A stretch of 63,958 bases of DNA, counting the filler, from Craspedostauros australis (Eukaryota): assembly GCA_030167865.1 (NCBI GenBank). It is 8 parts of 8 records of this genome, joined end to end, with 100 filler letters (N's around TTAATTAATTAA, not from the genome) between each part and the next. Parts side by side here need not be neighbours in the genome. Positions count along the whole stretch, not along the records: positions 44,217 to 55,606 come from JALAGF010004768.1; 7 more parts are not named here. The stretch is one strand, 5' to 3'. The notes under the pieces were generated by a model. It saw only the letters and a program-made list of their open reading frames with translations. It was not told the origin of the DNA and did no database searches. Positions 44,500 to 55,706 of this stretch are shown here, one piece after another. The position numbers and the translations under genes are program-made. The stretch's first letter is position 1, and each line of letters opens with the position of its first letter.

Positions 44500-47400
44500 T
44501 CAAGTCAGGAGTGAGGTGAAGGTCAGCTGACATGTGCCCCCTGTCATTCCCTTGGTCTGGCTGTCTTGGCCAGACATCGAGATTTTCAGCGGGAAGAGGA
44601 TTTTGATGATCAAGTCATCGGAACCCTTTCCTCTGGCCTTGGGTTCCAAAGATCTTCCTTCAATAACTTGTGTCTGCTCCAAACGTGGACATATCTGGGA
44701 CATGGTTTGGACCAGTTTGAGTAGAAGCAAGTTGTGAGACTCAGAAATTCTCCATTAGGCTGAATGCTCATTTATCTCTATTAATGTCCGTCCTACTGGA
44801 GGCTCACAAGGCATCTGCTGGTGAGCTACCAAGCGAGTGGGACACATGCTGGCCTACCTCGGTATTCAGGACGCGTCCAGAAAGCGTTGAGCTGCTACCA
44901 GGGCCCCTGGTTATTGGACTGGGGCAGTCGTGGTGACCCATGACTCAAGTGTGTACGGCACAGCAACGCAGGAAAAGTGGGACAAAGGTCTTGATCAGGT
45001 GGCCTCTGTCCTGGCAGATCTTGTGAGGAGTGACACCATTGAGCGAAAGAAGCTGGAACGCATACAAGGATTCTTGAACTCCCTTTGTCAGACCTACAAG
45101 CCAATGACACCCTACCTGATCGGATTCCACCTCACCATAGATGGATGGAGAGAAGGAAGGGATGCAGATGGCTGGAGAATCCTCAATTACCTCAACCAGA
45201 AAACATCAACACATGTCGCAACAGGTGATGCCACTCTTCCACCTGAGTACATCAAGCCTGCTTCGTGCCTTGCTTCTGACCTTGAAGGTCTTCATCAGTT
45301 CTTCGCACCATCAGAGCCACCACTTTGTCTTATGCAGCCTGGTCATTCCATTCGAGCCTGGTACGGTTTTGCAGATGCATCACAAGCCGGATTTGGCGCT
45401 TCCCTTCAGGTCGGCAATGAGATTGCCTTCCAGTACGGCGAATGGACCTCAGAAGAAAATGAAGCCAGCACATCAAACTGGCATGAACTCAAGAACTTGG
45501 TTGAAGCCTTGAAAGAATGGACTACCAAGTTCAAGCTGGAAGGGAGCGAGGTGTTCCTCTTCACGAATAACTCCACAGCTGAGAGTGCGTTTTGGAAGGG
45601 AAATTCAACCTCCAAACGCTTGGCGGACCTGGTGCTCAAGATGAGACTGCTCGAAATGAAGTCAAACATGATCTTGCACGTCATACATGTCAGTGGAGAT
45701 CGGATGATACTTCAAGGCACGGATGGATTGTCTTGGGCTGATCACAGCACTGGCATTATGGCCGGACAGAGTATGCTTCAACACATCCCTCTCCACTTGC
45801 AGCCATCAGATCAAAGAGGAAATCATCTCAAAGACACCATGAGAACATGCATGGAGGGAATCGAATGCGAGTGGCTCACCCCTGAAGGATGGTACAGTAC
45901 AGGTCAACGGCGAGGAAATTTTGTATGGGAATCGGCTCCTGCAGCTGCAGATGCGATGATCGATCAGATTGGCAAAGCTCGGCACAAGCGACCCCAGAAC
46001 CTGCACGTGGTCTGCATACCCAGATTGATGACTGGTCGGTGGCGGAGGAAGCTGTTGCGGTTGAGTGACTTCTACTTTAAGGTTGAACGGTGTTGGGAAT
46101 GGTCTGCTCACCTGCTGGAGCCTCTGTTTGTCTTCATTTGTCTTCCCTATCTCTCTTGGGACCCCAGACTCGACGAGCAATGCAAGCTACTGGAAGAACC
46201 AAAGGAGGTTCTGCTGCAGCGAGGTGTGTGGGAAGCTGATCCAATCAGGTGCAGGCATGCTCTGCGCGAACTTCTCCAGTCTGCGTGGGCCCTTTGCCCC
46301 CTGTCGGTCAGCTTGGTGCGGCTTGTGCTATGGCGAGATTGGGGACAAGAACTTTCCCGTCCAAACTGCCAACGACGATGACGGTATCGATCTCACTCCG
46401 GATATCGACAAGACTCGCTTCCGAATCGCCCGAAATGGTGACCATCTCATGGTGCCGTTTCAGTGCGATCGCTGTCACTTCCGCAATATCATGCTCCGCG
46501 AGCCACTTGATCACAGACAACAAGATCGAGAGATGCTTGTCTACATTCGACGAGCCAACCTTGACGTCTTTTGGAGCAGAGAGCCATCCACTGTCACGGC
46601 AAATCTTCGTGAAGCCCGACACATGGAAGCCTTTGCGGATCGGTTGAACATCCCAACCATCAGCACTCCAATAGGGCCCTTTCCGCTTCAAGACTCGTGT
46701 GGCATGGCTGTAGCAATGGCAGTACTCGACAGGTCTTTGGATACAAGTCGCTTTGCGACCAATGCTCAATGGGGGACGTTTCGGCGCACCAGGTCGGCCA
46801 TCACCAATATCCACCAAGCAGGTGCTGTTGGACTCGGGGAGTCTGTCATAGCATATGAGAGGTCTCGCATGTGGATGTCAAGTGTGCCGTCGCATCAGTT
46901 CTGGTTCACTCGATTCATGGAAGGCACCCACAGGGAGTTGGTCAGATTCGCAAGCCAGCTCATGCTTACACCTTTGACGAGATCCATGGGCTGGGAGCTC
47001 TGTTGGAGCACGAATGGAGAATGGATAACGATCACTCACGTCACAAGAGAACTGCAGAAGTGGATATGCTTACAATTGTGGCTTTCTGCACCAGGCTGAG
47101 GGGAGAGGAGATGCTACAAATCGACCTTCTTGCTACCTCTTCGAGTCTCAAGCATCTTCAAGATGTGAAGCTTCCGCACGCACGGCTTGCCATCATTGGT
47201 TGCACCAAAGGCAACAGGCATAACAGAGCACGATTTGACGTTCCATGCGTGAAAAACTTCAGGCACCGGGTTGCAACCCAGCAAATGGATCAAGCGAATG
47301 GTGTAGCAGGTCAATGGTGCAGGCCTACGTAATGGCAAGCTTTTGATGAGGAAATTGAATCCGCCAAGCCTCTTGCAGGCCCAAGGCATCATCGATACAA

Positions 47401-47624
47401 AGGTGAACATCCAAGACAAATACGGTCTTGACCGTTCAGCTTGCAGAGGGTCCACTTCTCACACGATCAACATGCATGTTCCAAGAGATATCATCAAGGC
47501 AAACAACAGATGGCAAACTGAAGCCAACCCAGTCTTGGGAAACCCAAGACTGGACATGGTGGACACCTACTCAGCACTGGAGTCACTGCTTCTGGCTGTA
47601 TTGAAGTACTTGAAGCAGATGTGA
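44500..47624 (+). mobile_element. Decayed tyrosine-recombinase (DIRS/Ngaro-like) retrotransposon: RT remnant, RNase H, YR
   Basis: YLGIQDASRKR* (~44853-44890). DIRS-type RNase H: GFADAS..GFG..SNWHELKNL..LFTNNSTAE..HVIHVSG..QGTDGLS. Overlapping Cys-rich ORF 46065-47099. YR motifs are spread over frames: LRGEE, RSACRG, NRW, DTY. Stops and frameshifts present. Confidence 0.8.
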
Positions 47625-48366
47625 TACATCTGCAGGGATGACGAGGGGAGAACGGCTCCATTGTGCCAGCACACACACTGTCACAGTGGAGCTGATTCAA
47701 GCTAGGTGCCATCATCTTCACTCACCCAATGTTGACCAGAAAAGGATGACCAGGGGAACTTGACGCTGTCGTTCCAAATGGCTAATCCAGGAAAATATGT
47801 GGGCACGTATCTGGAATCGAACTACATGTTCTTCCATGCGTTGCGAAGCTCTGCCTGCCACCAATGGCGCGAGGACTCAGTCGACTGACTGTCGGCCGGT
47901 CCACAACTATCCCCCACGTTAGCACTTCAATAGAGTAGGGTAATAAGTATACTCCTACGTATTGACGTACCACCATGTGACAATGTGAAGGAAGCTGCAC
48001 AGGTCGCAATGAACACAAAGGATGGCCAGCAATTATTGGAATCATCCGTGTTTTGACCAATCCGTGTTGCATTGGAGAACATCATGGTAGCTTCTTCTGA
48101 TTGAGACGACGGAAAGGCGTAACATGGGTTGTACAATATTTTGCCGGACAATATCGTTCTGATTATTGGTCTTCTGTGGTGACAACATCACACTGACACA
48201 AGATCCAATCGTGACGCATGACGCACTGCCCAGGATCTTCCTTGTGCATGCTCAGGAGGCGCACACCTCCACGGATCAAAGCAACAAGGGTCTGACGCTG
48301 TCGCATACGACCAACAGTCTGCCAAGAGCGGCCACACAGAATACAACACATCAACACCCTTGATTC

Positions 48367-49170
48367 ATGATGTTGCATCGCACAGGTAACGTCCCTGCCC
48401 TGCGCGGACTGGCGTCGTGGCTTGCTGTTTTGATGATCGCTTGCTGTGATCAGTCAATCCATCAATTCGGAACAGAGGCCTTCCAGCTCAGCACGAGCAC
48501 CAGCAGCACCGGCAGCGTCAACAACATCGACCCCCAAGCAACCGCGAGGGTGTCTCCGGATGAGATCTCGCGCAGAAGCTGGATGAAACAGATCATGGTG
48601 GGCGCGGCTGCCATCCCGACGGCGTCCACTGTGTCCTGCCCGCACAACGCCGCCAACGCCTTCGATGGATCCGGTTCGACCGCATCGTCCGGCATGTCGC
48701 CGGCCACGAAGATCGCCCAGCGCAAGGCCTACCAGGAGCGCGTCGTTGCCGATGTGCGCGATTTCAACGCGTTGGGCGTCGCCATCGCAACAGGCGAGAC
48801 GTCGGGCAATGCCTGGGTCAACTTCTTCATCCCCTTCCAACGCCGCGAGCCGGATGCCCTGGGTCGCAGCTATGCGGCGTTGGCCGATTTCCGCGGCGCG
48901 CCCACGCCCGATCCCAAGGTCTTTGAAGGCGGGTGCGGTTTGCTGCTGGCCACGTCCTTCACGAAGGCAGGCAAGCCGCCGGACAACACGCCGGCCGTCA
49001 AGAGCTTCAACAAGGTCTACCGCACCTTCGATGCCGTGCAGACGGCAGGGAAGAAAGGCGACGTGGCCAAGGCCAAGGTGGAGTACGAAAAGATCAAGCC
49101 CTTGCTGACGCAGTACCTTGCCGATGTGGACCTGCCTCCGGATCTGGCAGATCCCATCTATCAGAATTGA
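48367..49170 (+). CDS. Thylakoid-lumen-targeted protein, helical C-terminus reminiscent of the PsbQ-like family
   Basis: Signal peptide ending TEA-F, then a Ser/Thr transit peptide. Twin-arginine SRRSW, hydrophobic stretch and ANA-F cleavage follow. Amphipathic helices FDAVQTAGKKGDVAKAKVEYEK. The family assignment is tentative. Confidence 0.7.
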   Translation: MMLHRTGNVPALRGLASWLAVLMIACCDQSIHQFGTEAFQLSTSTSSTGSVNNIDPQATARVSPDEISRRSWMKQIMVGAAAIPTASTVSCPHNAANAFDGSGSTASSGMSPATKIAQRKAYQERVVADVRDFNALGVAIATGETSGNAWVNFFIPFQRREPDALGRSYAALADFRGAPTPDPKVFEGGCGLLLATSFTKAGKPPDNTPAVKSFNKVYRTFDAVQTAGKKGDVAKAKVEYEKIKPLLTQYLADVDLPPDLADPIYQN

Positions 49171-49459
49171 AGTACCACGAGTACAGTAGACTAGAGTAGG
49201 CAAGGAGTGGGAGCTGTAGCATCAGGCGGCTAGCTATTGAACATCTGTGGGATGGGGTTATCAGTATCAATTCAGAGAATACAACCTCGTGTTGGTACTC
49301 TGCAGCAACTCATTCATGAGCGGTGGATTGCAGAAATACTTGGAAGGTTAGCTTCTTGCCCAGAGCAGCATCCAACAAGACCCTCTCTACGTGGAATACA
49401 ATAATTACATTCGCTGCACTCGCTACACATACCCCATCATCTGTTCATGTATTATACAC

Positions 49460-52400
49460 TCAAGCATCCTGCCTTCGAAACCCTCCGGCTTCATCGTTCA
49501 TCCAGCCAGGCCTTCCCACAACGATCTGCCGATCGCGTGCGGAGAGGATATCCTTTGCATTGCGCATGGCGCGATCACGAGCCGTCGATGCTTCGCCTGC
49601 TGCGTTCATCACGTCGGGAGGTGACGAGGATTGTGGCGGTGAATACTTGCTCATCCTTGGATTCCGTTTCGGCGTTCTCGGCGTACTTGGGGTGGCAGTG
49701 CCTGCACCAGCACTAGGACTAGTCCTTGTACTAGTATCCTGCTCCGTTGCCATTGCCGCTTCGTTGTTGACGCCGTCGTTCTCACCGCCTTGGTCACAGT
49801 CGATGCATACGAAGGAAGACTCTGCTGCATCAGACTCGCTCTTCTGCTTTGCCACATTTGCCTTGTACAAATGCGTCTGTTGGATGCGGTGCAGTATCCG
49901 TCTGCCAATCGTGATGGCGGCCGACTTGGACAGGTAGTCATTGAATTTGATGCAGCTACCGGATTGGATGCATGCGGGACACCCGCCTTCGTACCCGCTG
50001 TCCTCCTGGCAGGACGAACACGAATCCATTAAGTCGACGGCTGCCTCCACAATACCATTTGGCAGAAACACGGCCTTCCACAGCTGAGCGCAGATTCCGG
50101 ACCCACCGGCACGCGAATCGAAGATCGTCACTCGGGTCGGGCGGTAGACTGAGTGATCGCACTCCACATCCGAAGCAACGCACGGAACGAACAGAGGGGC
50201 AACTGCCATTATGGCATGCGACAACGCATGGACGCCGTGAGCGTAGTCGTTCCCCAGCAGCAGACCCATTGCTTCTGCCTCGCAGTCCAGCCATATCGCG
50301 AAGCTGTCGTACTCCATGTCCGGCAAGGACAACTCGGAACGGCCAATCTCCTTCCGCGTCACCATCGAGAGCTTCGTGTATCCATGCACGTTGCGTTTCA
50401 CGTTGACGATGCCACATCCGGCGAACGAACCGAGCGAGGGATCATCTGCGTCCGTGGCGTACAGCTGGGTGACGTCCGGGAGCGGCATTGTCGGATCTTG
50501 CGGCACGGACTGGGCCAGCGATTGGGCCTTTGCATGGTCATCAGCGGTAGTGGTCGACGACTCGACTTCGTTGCCAACCTTGCGAATGTCAACGCGTTCC
50601 ATCTGCTTGGTCACTGTGATCGAAAGATTGCTCAACGGTCGGGTCATGTACCGCTGGTTGCTCGGCTTGGCATAAGCCGCCAGCGTCATGCTTCGGTAGG
50701 ACGCGCCCGTGTCTTTGGCAAAGGCTGGTGGTCGAGTGACGGAGACAATCTTGTACCGACGCCCACGGTGCATGATCATCGCACCAGGAAATGCATGGTA
50801 GAATATCCGAGAGTATGGCATGTGATCCATCACGGCCTTTTCGTTGCGGACGCCGTCCATCTGATTGCCCTGCATCGGGTGGGACAAGTCCACGATGGCG
50901 TACGACACGGGCTCGATGGATCGCAGCGACACCTTTTGGCTTGGTCTGTCTATCGATCCGTGCGTCTTGTACACCTTGGTTTGCAAAGGTCGGCCATTGT
51001 TGTCGATGGATATTGTTTCCTGCTTCAAGTCACCTGCTGCATGCAACGTCTCCATGGCGTCCATGTACACCTCGGCCGACCCGAACAATTCCTGATCGGA
51101 AAGCAGCCTAGGACCGTCGCTGGGAACCGTGTCTCCATTAATAGCCCCCGTTTCCTGTATGTTGGCCACGGTAAGGCGAGACAGAGTCAGCGGGAATTCG
51201 GATCCAGCGCACAGAAGATGACCCTGAACAAGACCTGGGTAGATGGGCATGCAGATCGGCGTCGACAATCCCTTCGTGAGAAGGGTCGTTGGATGTCGCC
51301 AGAGGTGCTGATCCGGTGGACTATTGAAGCACACCACGACTGCCAAAGACGGAACCTCCATGCGAGCACCGCCTCGACCAGCCCGGCCTGCCTGCTGCAG
51401 CAAGGATGCGTAAGAGCTGGGAAAGCCGCAGTGCAACGTCAAATCCAGGCCGCCAATGTCAACGCCAAGCTCCAACGCCGACGTGGCCACCACGCCCAGT
51501 ACCTGATTTTGGAATAACCGTGCCTCGATCTTGCGGCGTTCGTCGCGAGAGTATCCACCGCGGTAGGATTCCACCTTGGATGCTAGATCAGCAGTGGACT
51601 TGTTCTGTTTCAATGCAGAAACGGCGCGTTCGTACACCCATTCCACGAGACACCGAGTCTTGCAGAAGGCGATGCAGCGCACACCCTGCGCAACGGCACG
51701 AGCCAACAGGAATGCAGTTTCATCTGCTGAATGGCGTCTGTGGAAGTGTGTGACGGATTGTGATGTGTCTGAATCAGTTGCTGCGGTAGTGATGTTCCTC
51801 TTCCTGTTGGTGCTGGTACTGGTGCTGATTCTATTGCCTGCTAATGTCGTTGGTGCGACAACTGACGCACCAACCATTTCTACTCCATCCGTCCCCGATT
51901 GCGTGAAACCAAATGTCGAATTCGGACAAGGAACGGTGTTGCCGGTCTTGACAGCGTCCATGACGGTCATTGGCTGTCCCTTCTTGCCCCTCCTTTTCGG
52001 AAACGTTACTTGCCCGATAGATCTGCCATGTGCGTTGAGGATGGGCGGATTCCAAATGAAGAAATGCTTTGTGGACCGCGGCGATCCATCCTGCTGCACG
52101 ATGTTCACAGGGTCGCTTTTGGCGATGGGGCACAGCAGCCGCAGATGATGTTCGGGATGAGGTAGCGTTGCGGAGCATGCTACAATCGTGGGTGGAAGAG
52201 GTGGCCGATCGGCGTTGCCTGCAGCCAGCGCGGACACGCGTGCCAATCGACTGAGCACCATGGCCACATGGGCCCCAAAGACGCCTTCGTAGAGATGCGC
52301 CTCGTCAATCACCAGGTACTTCAACGCAGCGAGCATCGGTTGATACAGATGCTTCCATTGCGGGAGGATAGCGGCATGCATCGTATCAGGATTGGTTAGG

Positions 52401-54247
52401 ATGATGTTGGCGGACTCGACAATGCCAGTTCGTTGCATGTGAGGCGTGTCACCATCCAGCGTGGCCGGACGGATTCTTTGCGCAAGATCCGGCGAAGTCT
52501 CCAGCAATGTTGTGAGTTTCGAAAGCTGATCTTGTGCCAGCGCTTTGGTCGGGAACATGATCAGCGACGTGGCATTGTCATTGTACGCAGCAGAAAGGGC
52601 CGGTAGCAAGAAGCACAGCGATTTTCCTGATCCAGTGCCAGTGCACACAAGTGTGTGAGTGCGCGACAGTGCTGAATCAATCGCTTCGACTTGATGGCTG
52701 TACAGCTCTCGTTGTGGTGGTTCGTTTGAGCATGTCTCCGGAGCATCCGGATACTTCAGATGGAAGGCATCCATGACTTCCGATGGAAGCTGATCGAGGC
52801 TTGTTGGTGATAGGCTGCAAAACACAGACGATTGCGCTGGGTGGGACCCAGCATAGGCCAGCTGTTTGGGCAGCACGTAGGTTGGAATCTTGGAACCTTC
52901 AACTTCATCTTGAAGCATCCTGTGCTTCGATGCGTTGTTCCTTTGCGCGGCCTGTGTTGTCTGAAATTGGAAGCACGTGACCAACGCCTTCCTCGCGTTT
53001 GCGGCTTCGTGATGGATGATTTCGTCTTCCTCCTCTTCAATATCATTTGCATGACTAGAAGCCGGCGGACCTCTCCAATCCTTCGAAGCCTCGTTTGATT
53101 GTGAGCGGTTCTGAGAAGATTGATCATGTTCATCGACTCCGTTGCCGTGCCCTTGTGCAGTGCCATCATTGCCGTCGGCTTCGTCTTGTTGGTGTGGGTG
53201 TTGAGAATTGAGATGATCATATGTGCTGCACTTCCTGGATGATTGCTTGGTGATCTTCTTTGGCTTCAACTCCTGAGTGAGAAGCTTGCGCAAAGCTGCC
53301 ATGCGGCGTTTCGCCGCCGTCTTTGTGCTGGCATGCAAGTTGGTTGGTGCCATACCCGCAACCGGGACTGCGCCAGTCGCAACATACGGTGATGGGAATC
53401 CCACTCTCTCCTGTTGCTTTGGCGTGTCATCGGCGTTGTTGCTGCTGTTATTTGTGGCGGAGGATGCTGCCACATCATTTGCGTTGTCGCGAGCGTTGGT
53501 TGTGGTGTTGGTGATAATGTTGCCTTCGCCTCCTAAATTGTCAGCCTCGTCATCTTTGCTCTTCCCAGCATCTGATCGGCCAGCGCCCCTACTTTTTCCC
53601 CCTATCGCTTCGTCGGGATGCTCTTGGGATCCTTCATCGTAGTGCAGAATGCCATACTTGTGTAGCCGGCGCAGATGTTCCACAAGTTGCGCTTGCGGCA
53701 TGGACTTTGGGATGGTGGCCTGCAAGATCTTCCGTTGAACCATCGTCTGTCCAGTTGCGCGCGTCAAGAACTGTAGGATGGGGTCCAGCAGCTTCAGAGC
53801 CCGAACTAGTTCATGATTGTCAACTAGCTCGCTGAGTTGCTGCCTCTTCGTCTTCGCCGGAGCTCCTCCTGCTACGCATGCACTTGAAGATGTGGCTTCA
53901 GACGCAGCAGCTTTGGGCGAAGCCCCATTGCTTGTGCCAGCGGCATCACGGCTGCGAATAGTGGAGGCCACTTTGTTGTTCTTGCGCTTCGCGTTGCCAC
54001 CTGTTGCTCTCTTGCGTTTTCGGATCGGCGGCATCTTCGCTTCTGCTTCCATGGAGTTGCCATCGTCCTTCGGAACGCGCTCATCTCTTGAAGCACAGAG
54101 CGCCACTGATTCGATCACTTGCTTGGACGAGACAGCAGCATTCTTGTCTTGACCGGTGGCCGTTGTTCCGCTTTGTGCTGATCTTGTCATTGTCATTGTT
54201 GGCGTTGTTGTTGTCCTTGTCGTTGGCGCTGTCGTGGTCGATGCCAT
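49460..54247 (-). CDS. HRQ1: HRQ1-type DEAH-box helicase with C-terminal DUF1998 zinc-binding domain
   Basis: TGTGSGKS, PTKALAQDQ, TNPD, DEAH, SAT, YRGG, ATSALELGVDIG, QQAGRAGR. C-terminal HALSHA..AGGSG..CSSC..GCPACI. Likely start MASTTT at 54247. Confidence 0.93.
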   Translation of the reverse strand: MASTTTAPTTRTTTTPTMTMTRSAQSGTTATGQDKNAAVSSKQVIESVALCASRDERVPKDDGNSMEAEAKMPPIRKRKRATGGNAKRKNNKVASTIRSRDAAGTSNGASPKAAASEATSSSACVAGGAPAKTKRQQLSELVDNHELVRALKLLDPILQFLTRATGQTMVQRKILQATIPKSMPQAQLVEHLRRLHKYGILHYDEGSQEHPDEAIGGKSRGAGRSDAGKSKDDEADNLGGEGNIITNTTTNARDNANDVAASSATNNSSNNADDTPKQQERVGFPSPYVATGAVPVAGMAPTNLHASTKTAAKRRMAALRKLLTQELKPKKITKQSSRKCSTYDHLNSQHPHQQDEADGNDGTAQGHGNGVDEHDQSSQNRSQSNEASKDWRGPPASSHANDIEEEEDEIIHHEAANARKALVTCFQFQTTQAAQRNNASKHRMLQDEVEGSKIPTYVLPKQLAYAGSHPAQSSVFCSLSPTSLDQLPSEVMDAFHLKYPDAPETCSNEPPQRELYSHQVEAIDSALSRTHTLVCTGTGSGKSLCFLLPALSAAYNDNATSLIMFPTKALAQDQLSKLTTLLETSPDLAQRIRPATLDGDTPHMQRTGIVESANIILTNPDTMHAAILPQWKHLYQPMLAALKYLVIDEAHLYEGVFGAHVAMVLSRLARVSALAAGNADRPPLPPTIVACSATLPHPEHHLRLLCPIAKSDPVNIVQQDGSPRSTKHFFIWNPPILNAHGRSIGQVTFPKRRGKKGQPMTVMDAVKTGNTVPCPNSTFGFTQSGTDGVEMVGASVVAPTTLAGNRISTSTSTNRKRNITTAATDSDTSQSVTHFHRRHSADETAFLLARAVAQGVRCIAFCKTRCLVEWVYERAVSALKQNKSTADLASKVESYRGGYSRDERRKIEARLFQNQVLGVVATSALELGVDIGGLDLTLHCGFPSSYASLLQQAGRAGRGGARMEVPSLAVVVCFNSPPDQHLWRHPTTLLTKGLSTPICMPIYPGLVQGHLLCAGSEFPLTLSRLTVANIQETGAINGDTVPSDGPRLLSDQELFGSAEVYMDAMETLHAAGDLKQETISIDNNGRPLQTKVYKTHGSIDRPSQKVSLRSIEPVSYAIVDLSHPMQGNQMDGVRNEKAVMDHMPYSRIFYHAFPGAMIMHRGRRYKIVSVTRPPAFAKDTGASYRSMTLAAYAKPSNQRYMTRPLSNLSITVTKQMERVDIRKVGNEVESSTTTADDHAKAQSLAQSVPQDPTMPLPDVTQLYATDADDPSLGSFAGCGIVNVKRNVHGYTKLSMVTRKEIGRSELSLPDMEYDSFAIWLDCEAEAMGLLLGNDYAHGVHALSHAIMAVAPLFVPCVASDVECDHSVYRPTRVTIFDSRAGGSGICAQLWKAVFLPNGIVEAAVDLMDSCSSCQEDSGYEGGCPACIQSGSCIKFNDYLSKSAAITIGRRILHRIQQTHLYKANVAKQKSESDAAESSFVCIDCDQGGENDGVNNEAAMATEQDTSTRTSPSAGAGTATPSTPRTPKRNPRMSKYSPPQSSSPPDVMNAAGEASTARDRAMRNAKDILSARDRQIVVGRPGWMNDEAGGFRRQDA

Positions 54248-54535
54248 TGTGCCTCTGTCGGAAAATGTGGCACCAACAACAGCGTGGTGATGTGTCTGTT
54301 GCCGTATTGTGTTCTTTGGTGGGAAGTGCGCGAAACAATCGAACTGGTCGTGCCAATGGAGATCTGGCGATTGGTCCAATGAGTCAAGATCTGTTTTTGG
54401 CGCCAAAATAATCTGCACCCACAACAACCACAACAATCGCACGAGCAAGAACAGCGTCGTATCCAAACTGGGAACAATCGATGGAAGCAACAGAACTACT
54501 CGCACACTGCAGCGTGAGCGACCGTTGAAGCTCGT

Positions 54536-54723
54536 TGTTGATTCCAGTCCCGCCCGTGACTCGCCTGTCCATCGCCAGAACGCTATGCACCTCGCGCCCA
54601 CTTTTCTGCTAGAGACAGGCAAGCTACGATCAGGAATCCTTTCCGCAACTCCAGCGCTAATCAATACAATCTCTCATAAATATTAGCGAACAACATTGAT
54701 TCACTCACTCAGTCCTATTAACA
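54536..54723 (+). mobile_element. Putative 5' LTR (~188 bp) of the adjacent Copia element
   Basis: Starts TGTTGAT and ends ATTAACA (imperfect terminal inverted repeat, TG..CA), 67 nt before the gag ATG. No second LTR is in the window, so the 5' boundary is inferred. Confidence 0.55.
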
Positions 54724-54737
54724 GTTGTTCGCTAATA
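54681..54737 (+). promoter_or_regulatory. Perfect 14-bp inverted repeat spanning the LTR/PBS junction
   Basis: tattagcgaacaac (54681-54694) is the exact reverse complement of gttgttcgctaata (54724-54737), with a 29-nt loop. Confidence 0.9.
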
Positions 54738-54790
54738 GCAAGTTCACCCAAACATCGGGCACCAAGACCAACACCACCACCATCATCACC

Positions 54791-55606
54791 ATGGCCAACA
54801 GCCACGAAAAAATCCTCGCCACATTCCCGCAGGCCGTCGTCAAGCCGATCATCGGATTGCCCACCTACGAAACCATCGCCGAACTCAACGTTGTACTCAA
54901 CGCCAACGCAGCTTCCGTCCATTGCCCCCTGGGAAATGGAGGGCTGGGATACCTGGTTCTCACCGTATCCAACGAGATCTACAACGAGCAATCGGCAACG
55001 GCATTCGTCATACCAGCCAATCCAGGACCGCATCCAGTCATCCCAACGGGAGCCACAGCAGCACAGATCAGCGCAGCCACCAGCATCCACAAGGAACAAG
55101 AGCGCCTGTGGAGAGAGTACCGCGCCGTCGACAACGCGCTCAAACAACAACTTCTTGGCGCCGTGGAGGATCAATACGTGCGAACCCTTCGGCACAACAT
55201 TGTGGGATACGCCAACGTCTCCACCTTGCAGCTGCTCACGCACCTGCACAGCACGTACGGCAAGATCACCCCTCAAGACCTGGATGCCAACGACAAGGCC
55301 ATGAAGACTGCCTACGATCCAGCGGAGCCTTTCGAGGTGCTCGTCGCACAGATCGAATCCGCGCGCGATCTTGCCGCGGCAGCCAAGACACCGTACACCG
55401 ATCACCAGCTGGTCAACACCGCGTACAACCTTGTGTTCCAAACACAGGAGTTCCCCGAAGCATGCCGTTCTTTCCGCGCCCTCAGTGCCGCCGACAAGAC
55501 CTGGCCACGGTTCAAAGCCGACTTCGCAGCCGCCCACCAAGACCACCGCGAAGCCCAGTCGTCAACCACGACTTCGGGATTCCAAGGAGCCAACGCAGCT
55601 ACAACA
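54791..55606 (+). mobile_element. Diatom Copia (CoDi-like) gag, 3'-truncated by gap
   Basis: FP..PIIGLPTYETI..LNANAASV..LGNGGLGYL..NPG..ALKQQL..VGYANV..HLHSTYG..KTWPRFK. Recognised from memory as the diatom Copia gag pattern; no pol on this contig. Confidence 0.75.
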
Positions 55607-55706
55607 NNNNNNNNNNNNNNNNNNNNNNNNNNNNNNNNNNNNNNNNNNNNTTAATTAATTAANNNNNNNNNNNNNNNNNNNNNNNNNNNNNNNNNNNNNN
55701 NNNNNN

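Noticed and set aside
4105..51517. Long antisense or alternative-frame ORFs (e.g. 4105-5154, 6970-7917, 11077-12195, 36504-37514, 50153-51517)
   Set aside because: They shadow well-supported genes and are expected from codon bias.
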